This document shows positions 9,073 to 19,334 of a stretch of DNA of 64,000 nt, one piece after another. The translations under genes were made by a program, and so were the position numbers. A model generated the notes under the pieces. The model did no database searches. It worked only from the letters and a program-made list of their open reading frames with translations, and was not told the DNA's origin. This stretch comes from Desulfobulbaceae bacterium. Lineage in GTDB: Bacteria > Desulfobacterota > Desulfobulbia > Desulfobulbales > Desulfocapsaceae. The DNA lies in assembly GCA_008933635.1 (NCBI GenBank), contig WBUQ01000004.1:29261-93260 (forward strand), given 5' to 3'. How positions within the stretch are numbered: the stretch's first letter is position 1; every line of letters begins with the position of its first letter.

Positions 9073-10488
9073 CTACTTCCTCCTCAGGGAACGGATTGTC
9101 CGGCCACCGTGCCGTATCTCAACCTCGAAGTCCATCCGTCCGACCGCATGGGTCGAACAGGCCAGACAGGGATCGTAGCAGCGGACAACAAATTCGAGGC
9201 CGTTGAGCATCGCCTCGTCATCGCCGGCTGTCAGCATATTGTTCGCCGCTTCCTTCAGGGTCTTGTTGATCGCCGCAGTGTTCTGCTGGGTGGCGATGAT
9301 CATGTTGGCAGCCCGGACAATGCCCTTGCTGTCGATCTCGTAATCATGGATCAGGACTCCCCGCGGAGCCTCGACATGGGCGACCCCACGCCCGCCCCTG
9401 AAGGTCGCCGGCACTCTGGTCTCGCCGCGCAGGGCCGGATTATTGATCAGTTCATGCGCCTTCTCGCAGGCATAGATCAACTCGATCAGCTTGGCATACA
9501 TCTGGATAACGGCATTGTGGCACGGACGTCCGAAATTCCTGCGGAACTCTTCGAATTCCGCCTGGGCCAGCGGTGTCTCCATGCCATCGGCCACATTCAG
9601 CCGGGCCAGGGTCGAAACCCGGTACATGTGTTCGCCGCCGCCGTGATTGATGAAGACCTCTTTGGCATAGGATGTATGGACTGCCCGCTCAACAATATGG
9701 TCCCTGTAATCCCGGCTGTCAAACTCGGTGACGACGCTGCCGCTTTCGTCAATGACCCGCAGCTCGCCGTCGTAGAAATTGACCTTGCCGCCGTTGACCG
9801 TACCCACGTACCAGCTCGGCACGTTCAGCTTGTCAAGCAGGACCGGGTTGGCATCAAAGAGATCGAAGAGCAGCTTCTTGGTCCGGCCGGCCAGCTCGCT
9901 CGAGAGAACGACCGCCTCGGCTGTCAGTTCCTGCAGCCGTTCGAACTGGCTGTCCGTCAGCCTGAAGGAGATGCCGCCAGCCACGGCCGTCACCGGGTGG
10001 ATACCGCGGCCGCCGATGGTCTCGTTGATCTTCTGCCCCAGGCTCCGGAGGCGCAGCCCCTTTTTGCTCAGTTCCGGTTCAGCCTCAACCATGCCGACAA
10101 TATTCTGGGTCGCCGCCGGTCCGTTCAACCCGAAGACCAGGTCAGGGCCGGCCAGGACAAAGAGCGACAGAGCATGGCTGTGGATCACATGCCCCATGTA
10201 CATGAACTCCCTGAGCAGCCTGGCCGCGACAGGAGGTTCGACGCCGGCAGCGTGATCAAGGGCCTTGGCGGCAGCCAGATGATGAGCGGTAGGACATACG
10301 CCGCAGATCCGCGCGGTTACCTGTGGCAGGGTGCTCGCCTCCATACCGACCAGGATCCGCTCAAACCCGCGCAATTCATTGACGCAGAAAAAAGCCTCGT
10401 CGACCTTGCCGGCATCATCGCACTCGAGCAGTATCCGGGCATGTCCTTCAATACGGGTGACCGGGTCTATTTTGATAGTTTTCGACAT
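9073..10488 (-). CDS. [NiFe]-hydrogenase large subunit (cytoplasmic, group-3 / Mvh-Vhu-like)
   Basis: MSKTIKIDPVTRIEGH..., RICGVCPTAH (N-terminal Ni ligands) and a C-terminal DPCLACSTH. The start overlaps the small-subunit stop (ATGA at 10488). The ORF-track extension to 10722 is out of character. Confidence 0.9.
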   Translation of the reverse strand: MSKTIKIDPVTRIEGHARILLECDDAGKVDEAFFCVNELRGFERILVGMEASTLPQVTARICGVCPTAHHLAAAKALDHAAGVEPPVAARLLREFMYMGHVIHSHALSLFVLAGPDLVFGLNGPAATQNIVGMVEAEPELSKKGLRLRSLGQKINETIGGRGIHPVTAVAGGISFRLTDSQFERLQELTAEAVVLSSELAGRTKKLLFDLFDANPVLLDKLNVPSWYVGTVNGGKVNFYDGELRVIDESGSVVTEFDSRDYRDHIVERAVHTSYAKEVFINHGGGEHMYRVSTLARLNVADGMETPLAQAEFEEFRRNFGRPCHNAVIQMYAKLIELIYACEKAHELINNPALRGETRVPATFRGGRGVAHVEAPRGVLIHDYEIDSKGIVRAANMIIATQQNTAAINKTLKEAANNMLTAGDDEAMLNGLEFVVRCYDPCLACSTHAVGRMDFEVEIRHGGRTIRSLRRK

Positions 10489-11420
10489 TACACTGCCTCC
10501 ACGTCTGCAATCCATTTGCGTATCAGGAACGTCGGCTTGTTGCCGATCATCTTGGTGGCCATCGCATAGGCATAATGCGTCTTGGCCGATCTTTCGATAT
10601 GGGCCCTGATCGTCTCCTTTTCGATCCTGGTCAGCCGCGACATCCGGTCGGCGACTTCGGTGCGGATATCCCGGTTCGGTTCGGTGAGGATCTGCATCGT
10701 CGGTCCGGCACAGCCCGCACACATGATCCCGTGATTCGGGCAGGGGGCAAGACAGCGGTCGAGGGTAGCCGATCCGAGACAGATGTACCCCTGGCTCAGA
10801 AAGCAGATATCGTCGTCCGGGATTCCCTCGTGACTTTGCTTGATCTCCGTAACATCGGTCTTGGTCATCGTCCTCCGGCAGGCGGCGCAGACGGTCGACT
10901 TGTCAACACGAGGCTGATGGTGCTCGATCAGGGTCTTCAGACTTTCGAAGATGAAGTGGGGATGCGGTGGGCAGCCCGGCAGGTAGAGATCCACATCGAT
11001 GACTTCGTCGATCGGCGTGACGATCTTCTCCAGCCCGGTGATCCCGCTGTCGGGGATAAAATCGGTCCTGGTCGTCGGGTTTTTCCTGAAGACATGGTCC
11101 ATGATCTCCTCCCGGCTATGCGCCAGCCCGGCCCCATGCAGTCCGCCATAGACGGCGCAGGTGCCGAAGGCGATGATGGTCTTGCATTTCTTGCGCATCT
11201 CGATGGCCGCATGCCGGTCATGCTCGGTGCGGATGGAACCGGTTAGGATGCCGATCTCCGCTTCGGGGTAATCCTTGATATCGGTCAGTACCGGACATTT
11301 CTGGATCACCACCGACTCGAGGACATTCAGGATCTTTTCATGCAGGTCGACCAGCGCTACATGGCAACCGCCGCAATCGCACAGCCACTCGGTATTCAAA
11401 CGAATCTTTTCGCCGCTCAT
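10488..11420 (-). CDS. [NiFe]-hydrogenase small subunit, no Tat signal
   Basis: The N-terminus MSGEKIRLNTEWLCDCGGCH has no RRxF motif. GTCAVYGG and PGCPP motifs are present, and a Cys-rich C-terminal half provides medial and distal clusters. Confidence 0.9.
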   Translation of the reverse strand: MSGEKIRLNTEWLCDCGGCHVALVDLHEKILNVLESVVIQKCPVLTDIKDYPEAEIGILTGSIRTEHDRHAAIEMRKKCKTIIAFGTCAVYGGLHGAGLAHSREEIMDHVFRKNPTTRTDFIPDSGITGLEKIVTPIDEVIDVDLYLPGCPPHPHFIFESLKTLIEHHQPRVDKSTVCAACRRTMTKTDVTEIKQSHEGIPDDDICFLSQGYICLGSATLDRCLAPCPNHGIMCAGCAGPTMQILTEPNRDIRTEVADRMSRLTRIEKETIRAHIERSAKTHYAYAMATKMIGNKPTFLIRKWIADVEAV

Positions 11421-11450
11421 TTCATCTCCTTGTCAACGCCGGCAATGGCG

Positions 11451-11996
11451 TTATGCTTCAACAGTCAGGACTTTCAGACAGGCATTCTCGCCGGCGTGCT
11501 TGATATCCAGCGTCGCTTTTTTCCCCATGATGCTTTCCAGGGCTCCGGCAAAGAAACCGTACATCATATTGCACAGCGATCCTTTCTGCGGATGCCCGAA
11601 ACGGAAGAGTGCCTGCCTGATCATGCAATCCCTGAAGACAATGAAAATCTGGCGGTTGCCTTTCTCATCGGTGGTAATCATCTCCGCCTGCTCTTCCGGT
11701 TTGAACGGCTCAAACCCCCAGAGGCAATGATTGGCTACCAGTATGTTCCGGACCTCGTCGATGGCCTGGAGAAGGTCATCGGTATGTTTGGCGTTTTCTG
11801 AAAATTTCCGGCCGAGATTGCGACCGGCCGACATGGTCATACTGTTCGCACCACGCCCCAGTATCGGTTCGATACCGGCCGACAGTGCCGCCATGAAGTT
11901 CATGGTTTCCTGCAGCGTGCGCCGCTTCTTGAGAATTTCCTCCACCTCTCCTGTCCTCCATCCAATCCATCGAATAGTACCGCCGGTCATCCACAT
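11451..11996 (-). CDS. V4R-domain protein (paralog 1); start uncertain (TTG 12074, ATG 11996/11990 or 11903)
   Basis: FRDCMIRQ...GSLCNMMYGFFAGALESIMG...GENACLKV aligns with the 8351-8821 protein. It is the first gene of the hydrogenase operon, 30 nt upstream of the small subunit. Confidence 0.55.
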   Translation of the reverse strand: MWMTGGTIRWIGWRTGEVEEILKKRRTLQETMNFMAALSAGIEPILGRGANSMTMSAGRNLGRKFSENAKHTDDLLQAIDEVRNILVANHCLWGFEPFKPEEQAEMITTDEKGNRQIFIVFRDCMIRQALFRFGHPQKGSLCNMMYGFFAGALESIMGKKATLDIKHAGENACLKVLTVEA

Positions 11997-12270
11997 GAAG
12001 CCATCCGGCTTGCCCCCTTGCGCTCCATGCGGTTTCCACTTGTGAGAGACGTGCTGACAATCGTTGAAATGCAATTATATGGAAAATGGCTATCAAACAC
12101 AATATGTATCAAGAACAGCCATTCATTTCTGGGAATAGATCTCAAATAAAAAAATCTCTCTGGCCGGACCACCCAGCTCATGAATGCCATCTGCCAGGTT
12201 TGACAAAAAAGGAAAAAATACGGTTGCGGTGCTTCCAGCACGTTGGAGGACGGCATGAAGGCGGACGGTA

Positions 12271-12918
12271 TCAGCGCCCCCAGCCATGTTCGCCGATGAG
12301 TTCCACGAAACGGACACTGGCCAACTGTTCGACGTGAATTTTCCCGCTGTTTTTGATTAACAGATGCAGATTCTGGATGTCCTGGTCACCGACCGGAATC
12401 ACCAGTCTGCCCGGATCGGCAAGTTGCTCGACCAGCGGCTGAGGGATTTCAGGACCACCGGCAGTGACGATGATCGCATCATAGGGCCCGAATTCCGGCC
12501 ATCCGAGCGTTCCGTCGTCGAGTTTGGCGACGATGTTGAAATATCGGAGGGTATCGAAAAGCTTCCGCGCCCCGGCCAGCAGTGTATTGACGCGTTCAAC
12601 GGTATAAACCTTCTCACAGAGCCGGGAAAGGACCGCCGCCTGGTAACCGGAACCGGTGCCGATCTCCAGGACTTTTTCATGACCCTGCAACTGCAGGGAC
12701 TGAGTCATGAAAGCAACAATGTAGGGCTGAGAGATGGTCTGACCGGCAGCGATGGGCAAGGGGTGATCACCATAGGCCCGTGCCCGCATCGCATCGTCAA
12801 CGAAAAGATGCCGCGGAACTTCGCCCATGGCGGCAAGAACCCTGGGATCAGCAATTCCTCTGGCAAGGAGTTGCTCCTGCACCATGCGTTCGCGGATTGT
12901 GGTGAACCGATCAATCAC
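12271..12918 (-). CDS. pcm: Protein-L-isoaspartate O-methyltransferase
   Basis: 215 aa. [14 protein letters not shown] and [15 protein letters not shown] are the SAM-binding motifs of PCMT. Confidence 0.9.
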   Translation of the reverse strand: MIDRFTTIRERMVQEQLLARGIADPRVLAAMGEVPRHLFVDDAMRARAYGDHPLPIAAGQTISQPYIVAFMTQSLQLQGHEKVLEIGTGSGYQAAVLSRLCEKVYTVERVNTLLAGARKLFDTLRYFNIVAKLDDGTLGWPEFGPYDAIIVTAGGPEIPQPLVEQLADPGRLVIPVGDQDIQNLHLLIKNSGKIHVEQLASVRFVELIGEHGWGR

Positions 12919-13304
12919 TGCGCTTTCTTCTGCCAGGAAAAGTCATCCTCCCAACGAAAATCGTCATCGTCCTGGGCGCTGTAATCACACTCGACGACAC
13001 GATTATCCTTGAGGGTGATAATCACCCTGCCCACAGTAGGACTGCCGAGATACTTGCCGAATATCGGCGCCCTCTCCAATCTGGAGGCGGTATCTTCCCT
13101 GTACAGCCATCGCTCCACGCCATTGCCTATCACTTCCTGAGCGTCAGGTTCACCAAGAAAAGTGAGGACATCGTCGCTGGTGGACTGGCCAATTTTAATC
13201 AGCGCCGCATCCGAGGCGAGGTTCCGCACCGGTTTGCCGTAGCACCCGCCTAGCAGCAGAGCGACTGTGATGATGAGCAACCCCCAGCGGTTGAGAGAGA
13301 GCAT
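12915..13304 (-). CDS. Lipoprotein with SmpA/OmlA (BamE-like) domain
   Basis: Lipobox LLLGGC, followed by [19 protein letters not shown]...WLY. It overlaps pcm by 4 nt. Confidence 0.6.
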   Translation of the reverse strand: MLSLNRWGLLIITVALLLGGCYGKPVRNLASDAALIKIGQSTSDDVLTFLGEPDAQEVIGNGVERWLYREDTASRLERAPIFGKYLGSPTVGRVIITLKDNRVVECDYSAQDDDDFRWEDDFSWQKKAQ

Positions 13305-13486
13305 TGTATCCTCCCTGATGATTTAAGTCTGAAAAGTAGGATAGCCTCTCGCTCTATAGCCTGATGGTGGTCATTTTTCAATCCCTATGTCTCCTTTCGG
13401 CTGGGGGAGAAAAAGTGTAAGCCGGCCCGGCAAACAACCTATCCAAGGTTTCCCGGACTCGCCTTCATTTTTGCTCCCCATGTGTT

Positions 13487-15367
13487 TCAGTCGCGAACTG
13501 CCCGGTTCAGGATCTTGTAATTCCGTTCTACCATGACCAGCGGGTCGACGATCAGTCCGGCCTGGATCATGGCGTTATCGTAGATCTGCCGAGCCACGTC
13601 GACGGCGAACTCCTCATCAGCCTGGCGCAGTTCTGCAAGACGCACAATCAGCGGATTCCGCACATTGATTTCCAGGTTCTTCTTCATCGTCTCCATGCCA
13701 AGCCCCTTTTCGAATCGCGAGGCGGCAAGGACCCGCTGCATCGATGATGTCATATGGCCATCAGGGTTGACTATCATCGCCGGTGCGTCGACTAGGCGTT
13801 TCGAAACGATGACATCCTGGACAATGTCGGCCAAAACCGTCTTCATCCAGGCAACGAGCCCCTCGGTCGCGGTGCTGTCGAGACCGGCATCCTGTCCCTC
13901 GGCTCCTTTTTTCTCCTCTTCCGCCCCTGGGATTGTCAGATCGGCCCGATCAGCTGAAACCAGTTTCTTGCCCTCAAATTCCCCGAGGTGGTTCAGGACG
14001 AAGTCGTCGATCGGCTCCATCGTATAGATGATCTCGACATCCTTCTTTCTGAACATCTCGACATAGGGACCGGCCTCGATCGCCGCCCGGCTCGGGCCGT
14101 TGATGAAATAAATTTCCTGCTGGTCCGGACTCATCCGCAGCAGATAATCGGCAAGTCCAACCGGTTTGCCGGCCTCGGATTTCGACGATTCGAAGCGCAG
14201 CAGCTTGCCGAGATCCTTCTGGTGCTCGTAGCTCGAGGTAACACCCTCCTTCAGGAAGATACCGAAGGTCTTCCAGAATGTCAGGTAGGATTCGGCATCA
14301 CGAGCGGCCTCCTCCTCGAGGAACTTGAGGAATTTCTTGGTGATGACCCGACGCAGCTTGCCGACCAGGGCGTTGTCCTGCAGTGCCTGGCGGGAAATGT
14401 TCAACGGGAGGTCTTCGCTGTCGACCACACCTTTGAGGAAACGTAACCATTCCGGCAGGATATTTTCAGAATGCTGGTCGATCAGGATGCGCTGACAGTA
14501 GAGATTGACGCCCGAATCCATCCGGCCGAAACCGAAAATTTCAAGATTTTCCTTGGGAACAAAGAGCAGCGCATTGATCGCCAGCGGTGCATCGGCAGAG
14601 AAGTGCAGGCGATACATCGGTTCGTCGATGGCATTGCCGACGAACTTGTAGAAATCTGTATACTCCTGGTCCGTTATCTCGCTTTTGTTTCGGGTCCACA
14701 GGGCCTGGACGGTGTTGACCGTCTCCCCTTCAAGTTTGATCGGGAAGGGAACAAAGGCGGAATATTGCTTGATGATCGACTCGACTTTCCATTTCTGGGC
14801 GTAGTCGTGAGCATCTTCCTTCAATTCGACAATGATTCTGGTACCGCGATGCAGGCCTGGCATCTCTGTGATGGTGAAGGTGCCTGCACCGTCCGAGGCC
14901 CACTCATGGCCTTCACTGCCGTCCCAGGAGCGGCTCTGGACCAGGACCCGACTGCCGGCCATGAATGCGGCATAGAAACCGACACCGAATTGACCGATGA
15001 GATTGACATCCTTCTTCGCTGCTTCTGCCAGCTGCGACAGGAAGGTATTGGAACCCGAATGGGCAATCGTTCCCAGGTTGGCTTCGAGTTCGTGCCGGCT
15101 CATGCCGATGCCGGTGTCAGTGATGGTCAGGGTGTGCTTCTTGTCATCGAGGCTGATATTGATCTCGAGCGGAACGTGAGCATCGAACACATCGTTGGCA
15201 GTGATACTCTCATGGCGGAATTTTTCGAGTGCATCTGCGGCATTGGAAATCAATTCACGGATAAAGACATCCCGTTCTGTATAGAGTGAGTGGATGACGA
15301 TATCAAGGAGTTTCTTCGTCTCGGACTGGAATTCATGAGTGGTAGTTTTTGTAGTCATAACAAGCAC
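13487..15367 (-). CDS. htpG: Molecular chaperone HtpG (Hsp90)
   Basis: 626 aa. FQSETKKLLDIVIHSLYTERDVFIRELISNAADALEK and GQFGVGFYAAF. Confidence 0.95.
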   Translation of the reverse strand: MLVMTTKTTTHEFQSETKKLLDIVIHSLYTERDVFIRELISNAADALEKFRHESITANDVFDAHVPLEINISLDDKKHTLTITDTGIGMSRHELEANLGTIAHSGSNTFLSQLAEAAKKDVNLIGQFGVGFYAAFMAGSRVLVQSRSWDGSEGHEWASDGAGTFTITEMPGLHRGTRIIVELKEDAHDYAQKWKVESIIKQYSAFVPFPIKLEGETVNTVQALWTRNKSEITDQEYTDFYKFVGNAIDEPMYRLHFSADAPLAINALLFVPKENLEIFGFGRMDSGVNLYCQRILIDQHSENILPEWLRFLKGVVDSEDLPLNISRQALQDNALVGKLRRVITKKFLKFLEEEAARDAESYLTFWKTFGIFLKEGVTSSYEHQKDLGKLLRFESSKSEAGKPVGLADYLLRMSPDQQEIYFINGPSRAAIEAGPYVEMFRKKDVEIIYTMEPIDDFVLNHLGEFEGKKLVSADRADLTIPGAEEEKKGAEGQDAGLDSTATEGLVAWMKTVLADIVQDVIVSKRLVDAPAMIVNPDGHMTSSMQRVLAASRFEKGLGMETMKKNLEINVRNPLIVRLAELRQADEEFAVDVARQIYDNAMIQAGLIVDPLVMVERNYKILNRAVRD

Positions 15368-15520
15368 CTTCTTATCAATTTACTGAACCGGAAATGACGG
15401 ATAAGACACCATTTCCATTGCATTTTTGCCAAAAGTCGGCGAAAATGTTAAGCATATATGGCTGCGTGTCAAGTCACAGCGGCCAATCAAAGAATTGAGA
15501 CCAGGGACGGCAGCAGGCAG

Positions 15521-16204
15521 ATGCACATCATTGCATTCGGTGATATCCACATGGCAGCGAATGCATGCCGGAATATACCGGGAATTCGCCAGGCCGACCT
15601 GGTACTCCTCACCGGCGATCTCACCAACTTTGGTTCACAGCGGGAAGTCCAGCAGGTCCTCGATGAGGTGACGGCCTTCAACCCCCGGATTCTGGCCCAG
15701 TTCGGCAACCTCGACCGCCCCGACATCAACGAGCACCTTGAACAACTCGGCATCAACCTGCACGGCCGGGGCCGCATCCTCAATGACAGGCTCTGCATTG
15801 TCGGCATGGGGGGTTCCAACCCTACCCCGTTCCATACTCCAAGCGAATTCAGCGAAGAGGAAATGATGCTGATCGGCACCAATGCTTACCAGCAGGCACT
15901 CGACGCCATTGCCGAGAAAAATCAGGTAGATGGAAGCCGAATCCCGGTCTTGCTCATCTCCCATGCACCACCGGCGAACACCTGCGTTGATATGATATTC
16001 GATGGCCGTCATGTCGGGTCTACAGCCGTCCGCCGCATCATCGAGCTTTACCAGCCTGACATCTGCGTCACAGGCCATATTCATGAAGCCAAAGGCTGCG
16101 ACAGCATCGGTCCAACGACGATCTACAATCCAGGCACCCTCCGCAGTGGCGGCTGGGTCGACATCCATATCACCAATTCAACCCTTCATGCGATTCTGCA
16201 ATGA
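15521..16204 (+). CDS. Metallophosphoesterase
   Basis: MHIIAFGDIHM, LTGDLTNFG and VTGHIHE motifs. The ORF-track alternative start is 15458. The stop overlaps the next gene (ATGA). Confidence 0.8.
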   Translation: MHIIAFGDIHMAANACRNIPGIRQADLVLLTGDLTNFGSQREVQQVLDEVTAFNPRILAQFGNLDRPDINEHLEQLGINLHGRGRILNDRLCIVGMGGSNPTPFHTPSEFSEEEMMLIGTNAYQQALDAIAEKNQVDGSRIPVLLISHAPPANTCVDMIFDGRHVGSTAVRRIIELYQPDICVTGHIHEAKGCDSIGPTTIYNPGTLRSGGWVDIHITNSTLHAILQ

Positions 16205-17601
16205 CTGAACACCTCGATACCATTATCATCGGCGGCGGCCTCTCCGGACTGACCATCGCCCATACACTGAAAACCCAGGCACCTGGCCACCGCTTCCTAC
16301 TGATCGAGAAATCGATGCATACCGGGGGCGCCGTCCAAACTCATCGGGACCAGGGATACGTCGCAGAAATCGGCCCCCACGGCTTTCTCGACAACTGCCC
16401 CGAGAGCCGGCAGCTTTTGGCCGAAACCGGACTTGACAGGGAAAGCGTCAAGGCACCGCTCAAACACTTCGTCCGCTATGTCTGCCTCGACGGCAAGCTC
16501 TGCTGCATTCCCCAGAGCCCCAGGAAGATCCTGATGGCACCGCTCATCCCATGGACTGCCAAACTGCGGGTCCTGGGTGATCTCTGGATCAGGCCGCTCG
16601 AAGGGGAACCGACTGTCGCAAAATGGATTGCCCACCGCTTCGGACCGGCGCTCCTGCCTTTTGCCGATGCGGTTTTCACCGGTACATACGCAGGCGATTA
16701 CAACGAACTGGCGATCGACAGCGTCATGCCTGGCATCCGTCTGCTGGAAAAAGAGCAGGGTTCGGTCATCCGAGGTCTGGCGAGAAAGATGTGGCAGGCC
16801 AAACGGTCCGGCTCAGCCAAGAAGTTCACCATGCCGGCAATGACCAGTTTTCCGTCGGGCATGTGCCGACTCACCGAACGCCTGACTGAACCTCTGGTGC
16901 CGGGTACCGAACTCCTGCTTGGCTGCGGAGTCACTGCAATATCACGCAACGAAACAGGATGGCAGGTAATATCGGAACAGGGAACCCATACCGCGACAAC
17001 CCTGGCCCTCGCTCTGCCGGTGAACGCCTCGCTGCCTCTCCTCGGCGGCATTGCACCCGCCATGCCCGCAACGTCCATACCAGAGGCATGGATAGCCACC
17101 GTCGTCTTCGGTTTCGGGCCAAACGCCGTCCTGCCGCCAGGCTTCGGTTACCTGACGCCGGAATGCGAGAAGCGCTTTTCCCTTGGCACCCTGTTCTCCT
17201 CAAACATGTTTCCGGGGAGGGCTCCGAACGGTCATATCGTTTTCGAGACACTGGTAGGCGGCCGCCGCCACCCCGAACGCCTGGCACTTGATGATGCGAC
17301 CATGACCAGGCTCGCTCTCGAGGATGTCCGCGAGATCCTCAATCTGCCAGGCGCCCCCCTGTTCAGCACAGTGCTCAGGCCGGCAAGCGGAATACCTCAG
17401 CTCGAAAGGGGATACGGAAAACTGCTGACCTGGCGCGACCAGCTGTTGCAGGATTCTCCGGATCTTTCGATCTGCGGCTTCGGCTGGGAAGGCATCGGGA
17501 TCAACGACATGATCAAAAGCGCCGTCAAGGTCGCCGAAAAAATCCTCAACGCCTCAGGCTCGCAGATCCGGCAAGCGGAGATCAAAGGGGTCTACTTTTA
17601 G
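16201..17601 (+). CDS. hemY: Protoporphyrinogen/coproporphyrinogen oxidase-family FAD oxidoreductase (HemY-like)
   Basis: IIIGGGLSGLTIAH dinucleotide fold, 466 aa, with the C-terminal GIGINDMI typical of HemY. Confidence 0.75.
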   Translation: MTEHLDTIIIGGGLSGLTIAHTLKTQAPGHRFLLIEKSMHTGGAVQTHRDQGYVAEIGPHGFLDNCPESRQLLAETGLDRESVKAPLKHFVRYVCLDGKLCCIPQSPRKILMAPLIPWTAKLRVLGDLWIRPLEGEPTVAKWIAHRFGPALLPFADAVFTGTYAGDYNELAIDSVMPGIRLLEKEQGSVIRGLARKMWQAKRSGSAKKFTMPAMTSFPSGMCRLTERLTEPLVPGTELLLGCGVTAISRNETGWQVISEQGTHTATTLALALPVNASLPLLGGIAPAMPATSIPEAWIATVVFGFGPNAVLPPGFGYLTPECEKRFSLGTLFSSNMFPGRAPNGHIVFETLVGGRRHPERLALDDATMTRLALEDVREILNLPGAPLFSTVLRPASGIPQLERGYGKLLTWRDQLLQDSPDLSICGFGWEGIGINDMIKSAVKVAEKILNASGSQIRQAEIKGVYF

Positions 17602-17632
17602 CCACCGGATCCGGACCACATCTTCTCGCCCG

Positions 17633-17668
17633 AAAAAAAAAGGGGAGGACTGTGCGCGAGTCCCCCCC
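17633..17668 (-). terminator. Intrinsic terminator of dnaA (weakly bidirectional)
   Basis: GGGGAGGACT (17642-17651) pairs with AGTCCCCCCC (17659-17668) with one mismatch. On the minus strand it is followed by U9 (A-run 17633-17641). It lies 26 nt after the dnaA stop. Confidence 0.7.
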
Positions 17669-17693
17669 TTTGAAGTCCATCTCCTGAGAACAA

Positions 17694-19016
17694 TCAGAGT
17701 TGCTTCACCTTATCCCCAAGCAGATTGAGCTGGGCGCTGACCGAGGTATCGCGGGCCGTCAGATTGGTCACCACCTTGATCGCATGCAGGACTGTAGAAT
17801 GGTCACGGTTGAAAATTCTGCCGATATCTGCCAGGGATTCTTCGGTATATTTCCGGCTCAGATACATTGCCACCTGACGGGGGAAGGAGATCACCTTTTT
17901 CCGCGATCGTGACTGCATGTCCTGCACACTGACCTTGAACTGGCTGCCGACCAGCTCGCTGATCATCGCCGATGTCAGTACCTGCTGATGACCGACGACG
18001 CTGGCCACGACCTCCCGCACCAGATCGAGGTTTACCTCACCCTTACGCAGGCTTGCCTTCGCCCTTAAGGCAATCAAGGCCGACTCGACCTTGCGGACAT
18101 CTCCTCTGATATGCTGCGCGAGATAGTCAATCTGCTGTTCCTGTAACAGGAGCTGTTGCTGCTGGGCCTTTCTTTCGATGATCCGCAGCCGGGTCTCGAT
18201 ATCCGGGGGCTTTATGGTGGTGACCAGGCCTGCAGACATCCGCGAGCGGAATTCATCATCGATACCGACCAGATCACGCGGGGCGCTGTTCGCCGTCAGA
18301 ATCACCCGCTTTCCGGATTTGATCAGGGTATCGAGCAATTCGTTCAATTCTTCCTGGGTCTTCTTCTTGCCGGTCAGCGAATGGACGTCCTCAACCAGCA
18401 GGATATCGCAGTTGTCATGATACTTGCGTTTGAACTGGTCCATGGTGTTGGCCTGGATTCCCCGCACCATTTCCGAGGCGAACTGTTGTGCCGTCACATA
18501 GTGCAATCTCGTCATCGGCGATTCAGAGATGATCTTGTGGGCAACGGCATGGGTCAGGTGGCTCTTGCCAAGCCCGGTCCCACTGTTGATATAAAGGCAT
18601 GGACCAACCAGATCATCACTCACCGACATTGACTGACAGGCCGAATGGGCGAGGATATTGCTGTCACCGACCATGAACTCGTCGAAGGTGTAACGAGGGT
18701 GGAGCGAGCGGATTCGCGAGGTATTTTCCGGAATGCTCGGAAGCCGCATCTGGCCCCTGACCGGCTGAGGCAGCCGAGGCGTACTCTCCTTTTCGCAAAG
18801 AACCACCTGCCGGGGGCTCGCGCCGCATTTCCTGATCGTCTCCTCAATCAATGCCAGGTAATGCTGTGAAACATATGCATTGAAATAGCGATCCGGGCTG
18901 GCAAGGACAATGGTCTCAGCATGGACCTGGACACACTCCAGAGGCTCTATCCACAGTGAATAGACATTCTCGGTGAGCGCATCTTTCAACCTCTCCTTTG
19001 TCTTCTCCCAAAGCAT
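17694..19016 (-). CDS. dnaA: Chromosomal replication initiator DnaA
   Basis: 440 aa. Walker A GTGLGKSHL, LLVEDVH, and a C-terminal DNA-binding domain (FNRDHSTVLHA). Confidence 0.95.
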   Translation of the reverse strand: MLWEKTKERLKDALTENVYSLWIEPLECVQVHAETIVLASPDRYFNAYVSQHYLALIEETIRKCGASPRQVVLCEKESTPRLPQPVRGQMRLPSIPENTSRIRSLHPRYTFDEFMVGDSNILAHSACQSMSVSDDLVGPCLYINSGTGLGKSHLTHAVAHKIISESPMTRLHYVTAQQFASEMVRGIQANTMDQFKRKYHDNCDILLVEDVHSLTGKKKTQEELNELLDTLIKSGKRVILTANSAPRDLVGIDDEFRSRMSAGLVTTIKPPDIETRLRIIERKAQQQQLLLQEQQIDYLAQHIRGDVRKVESALIALRAKASLRKGEVNLDLVREVVASVVGHQQVLTSAMISELVGSQFKVSVQDMQSRSRKKVISFPRQVAMYLSRKYTEESLADIGRIFNRDHSTVLHAIKVVTNLTARDTSVSAQLNLLGDKVKQL

Positions 19017-19334
19017 ACACTATCCTTCTCGTAACAAGATAAAAAACGATTAAGAATCATTTGAGACAATCCAACAGAATTGAAGAAGCTCCAGCCCATC
19101 CAGGCAATCACCGCGACAACCAGCCAACCCATCACCAGCCATGGCAATGCAGCAACAATCCCATCGCCATATTTCAAGTCTCTTCATCGCCTGTCGACTG
19201 GGGGATGATTAACCCCATTTTCTTCTCCCCGTCAAAGACCATTTTAAGAAATTTCACATCCCTGCAACCAGTCATTGTTAACATCGGCAAGGGCTGAAGC
19301 AGCCTGTGTTTCCGCAGGTCCCGACTCCGAGTCC

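Noticed and set aside
9070-10569. 499-aa plus-strand ORF antisense to the hydrogenase large subunit
   Set aside because: It has an Arg/Gly/Asp/Pro-rich, low-complexity composition typical of shadow ORFs in GC-rich DNA. The opposite strand carries unmistakable [NiFe] large-subunit motifs.
18986-19177. 63-aa ORF with one hydrophobic helix overlapping the dnaA start
   Set aside because: It overlaps the dnaA N-terminal codons in another frame, has no SD, and its tail is Arg/Cys-rich, so it is probably spurious.
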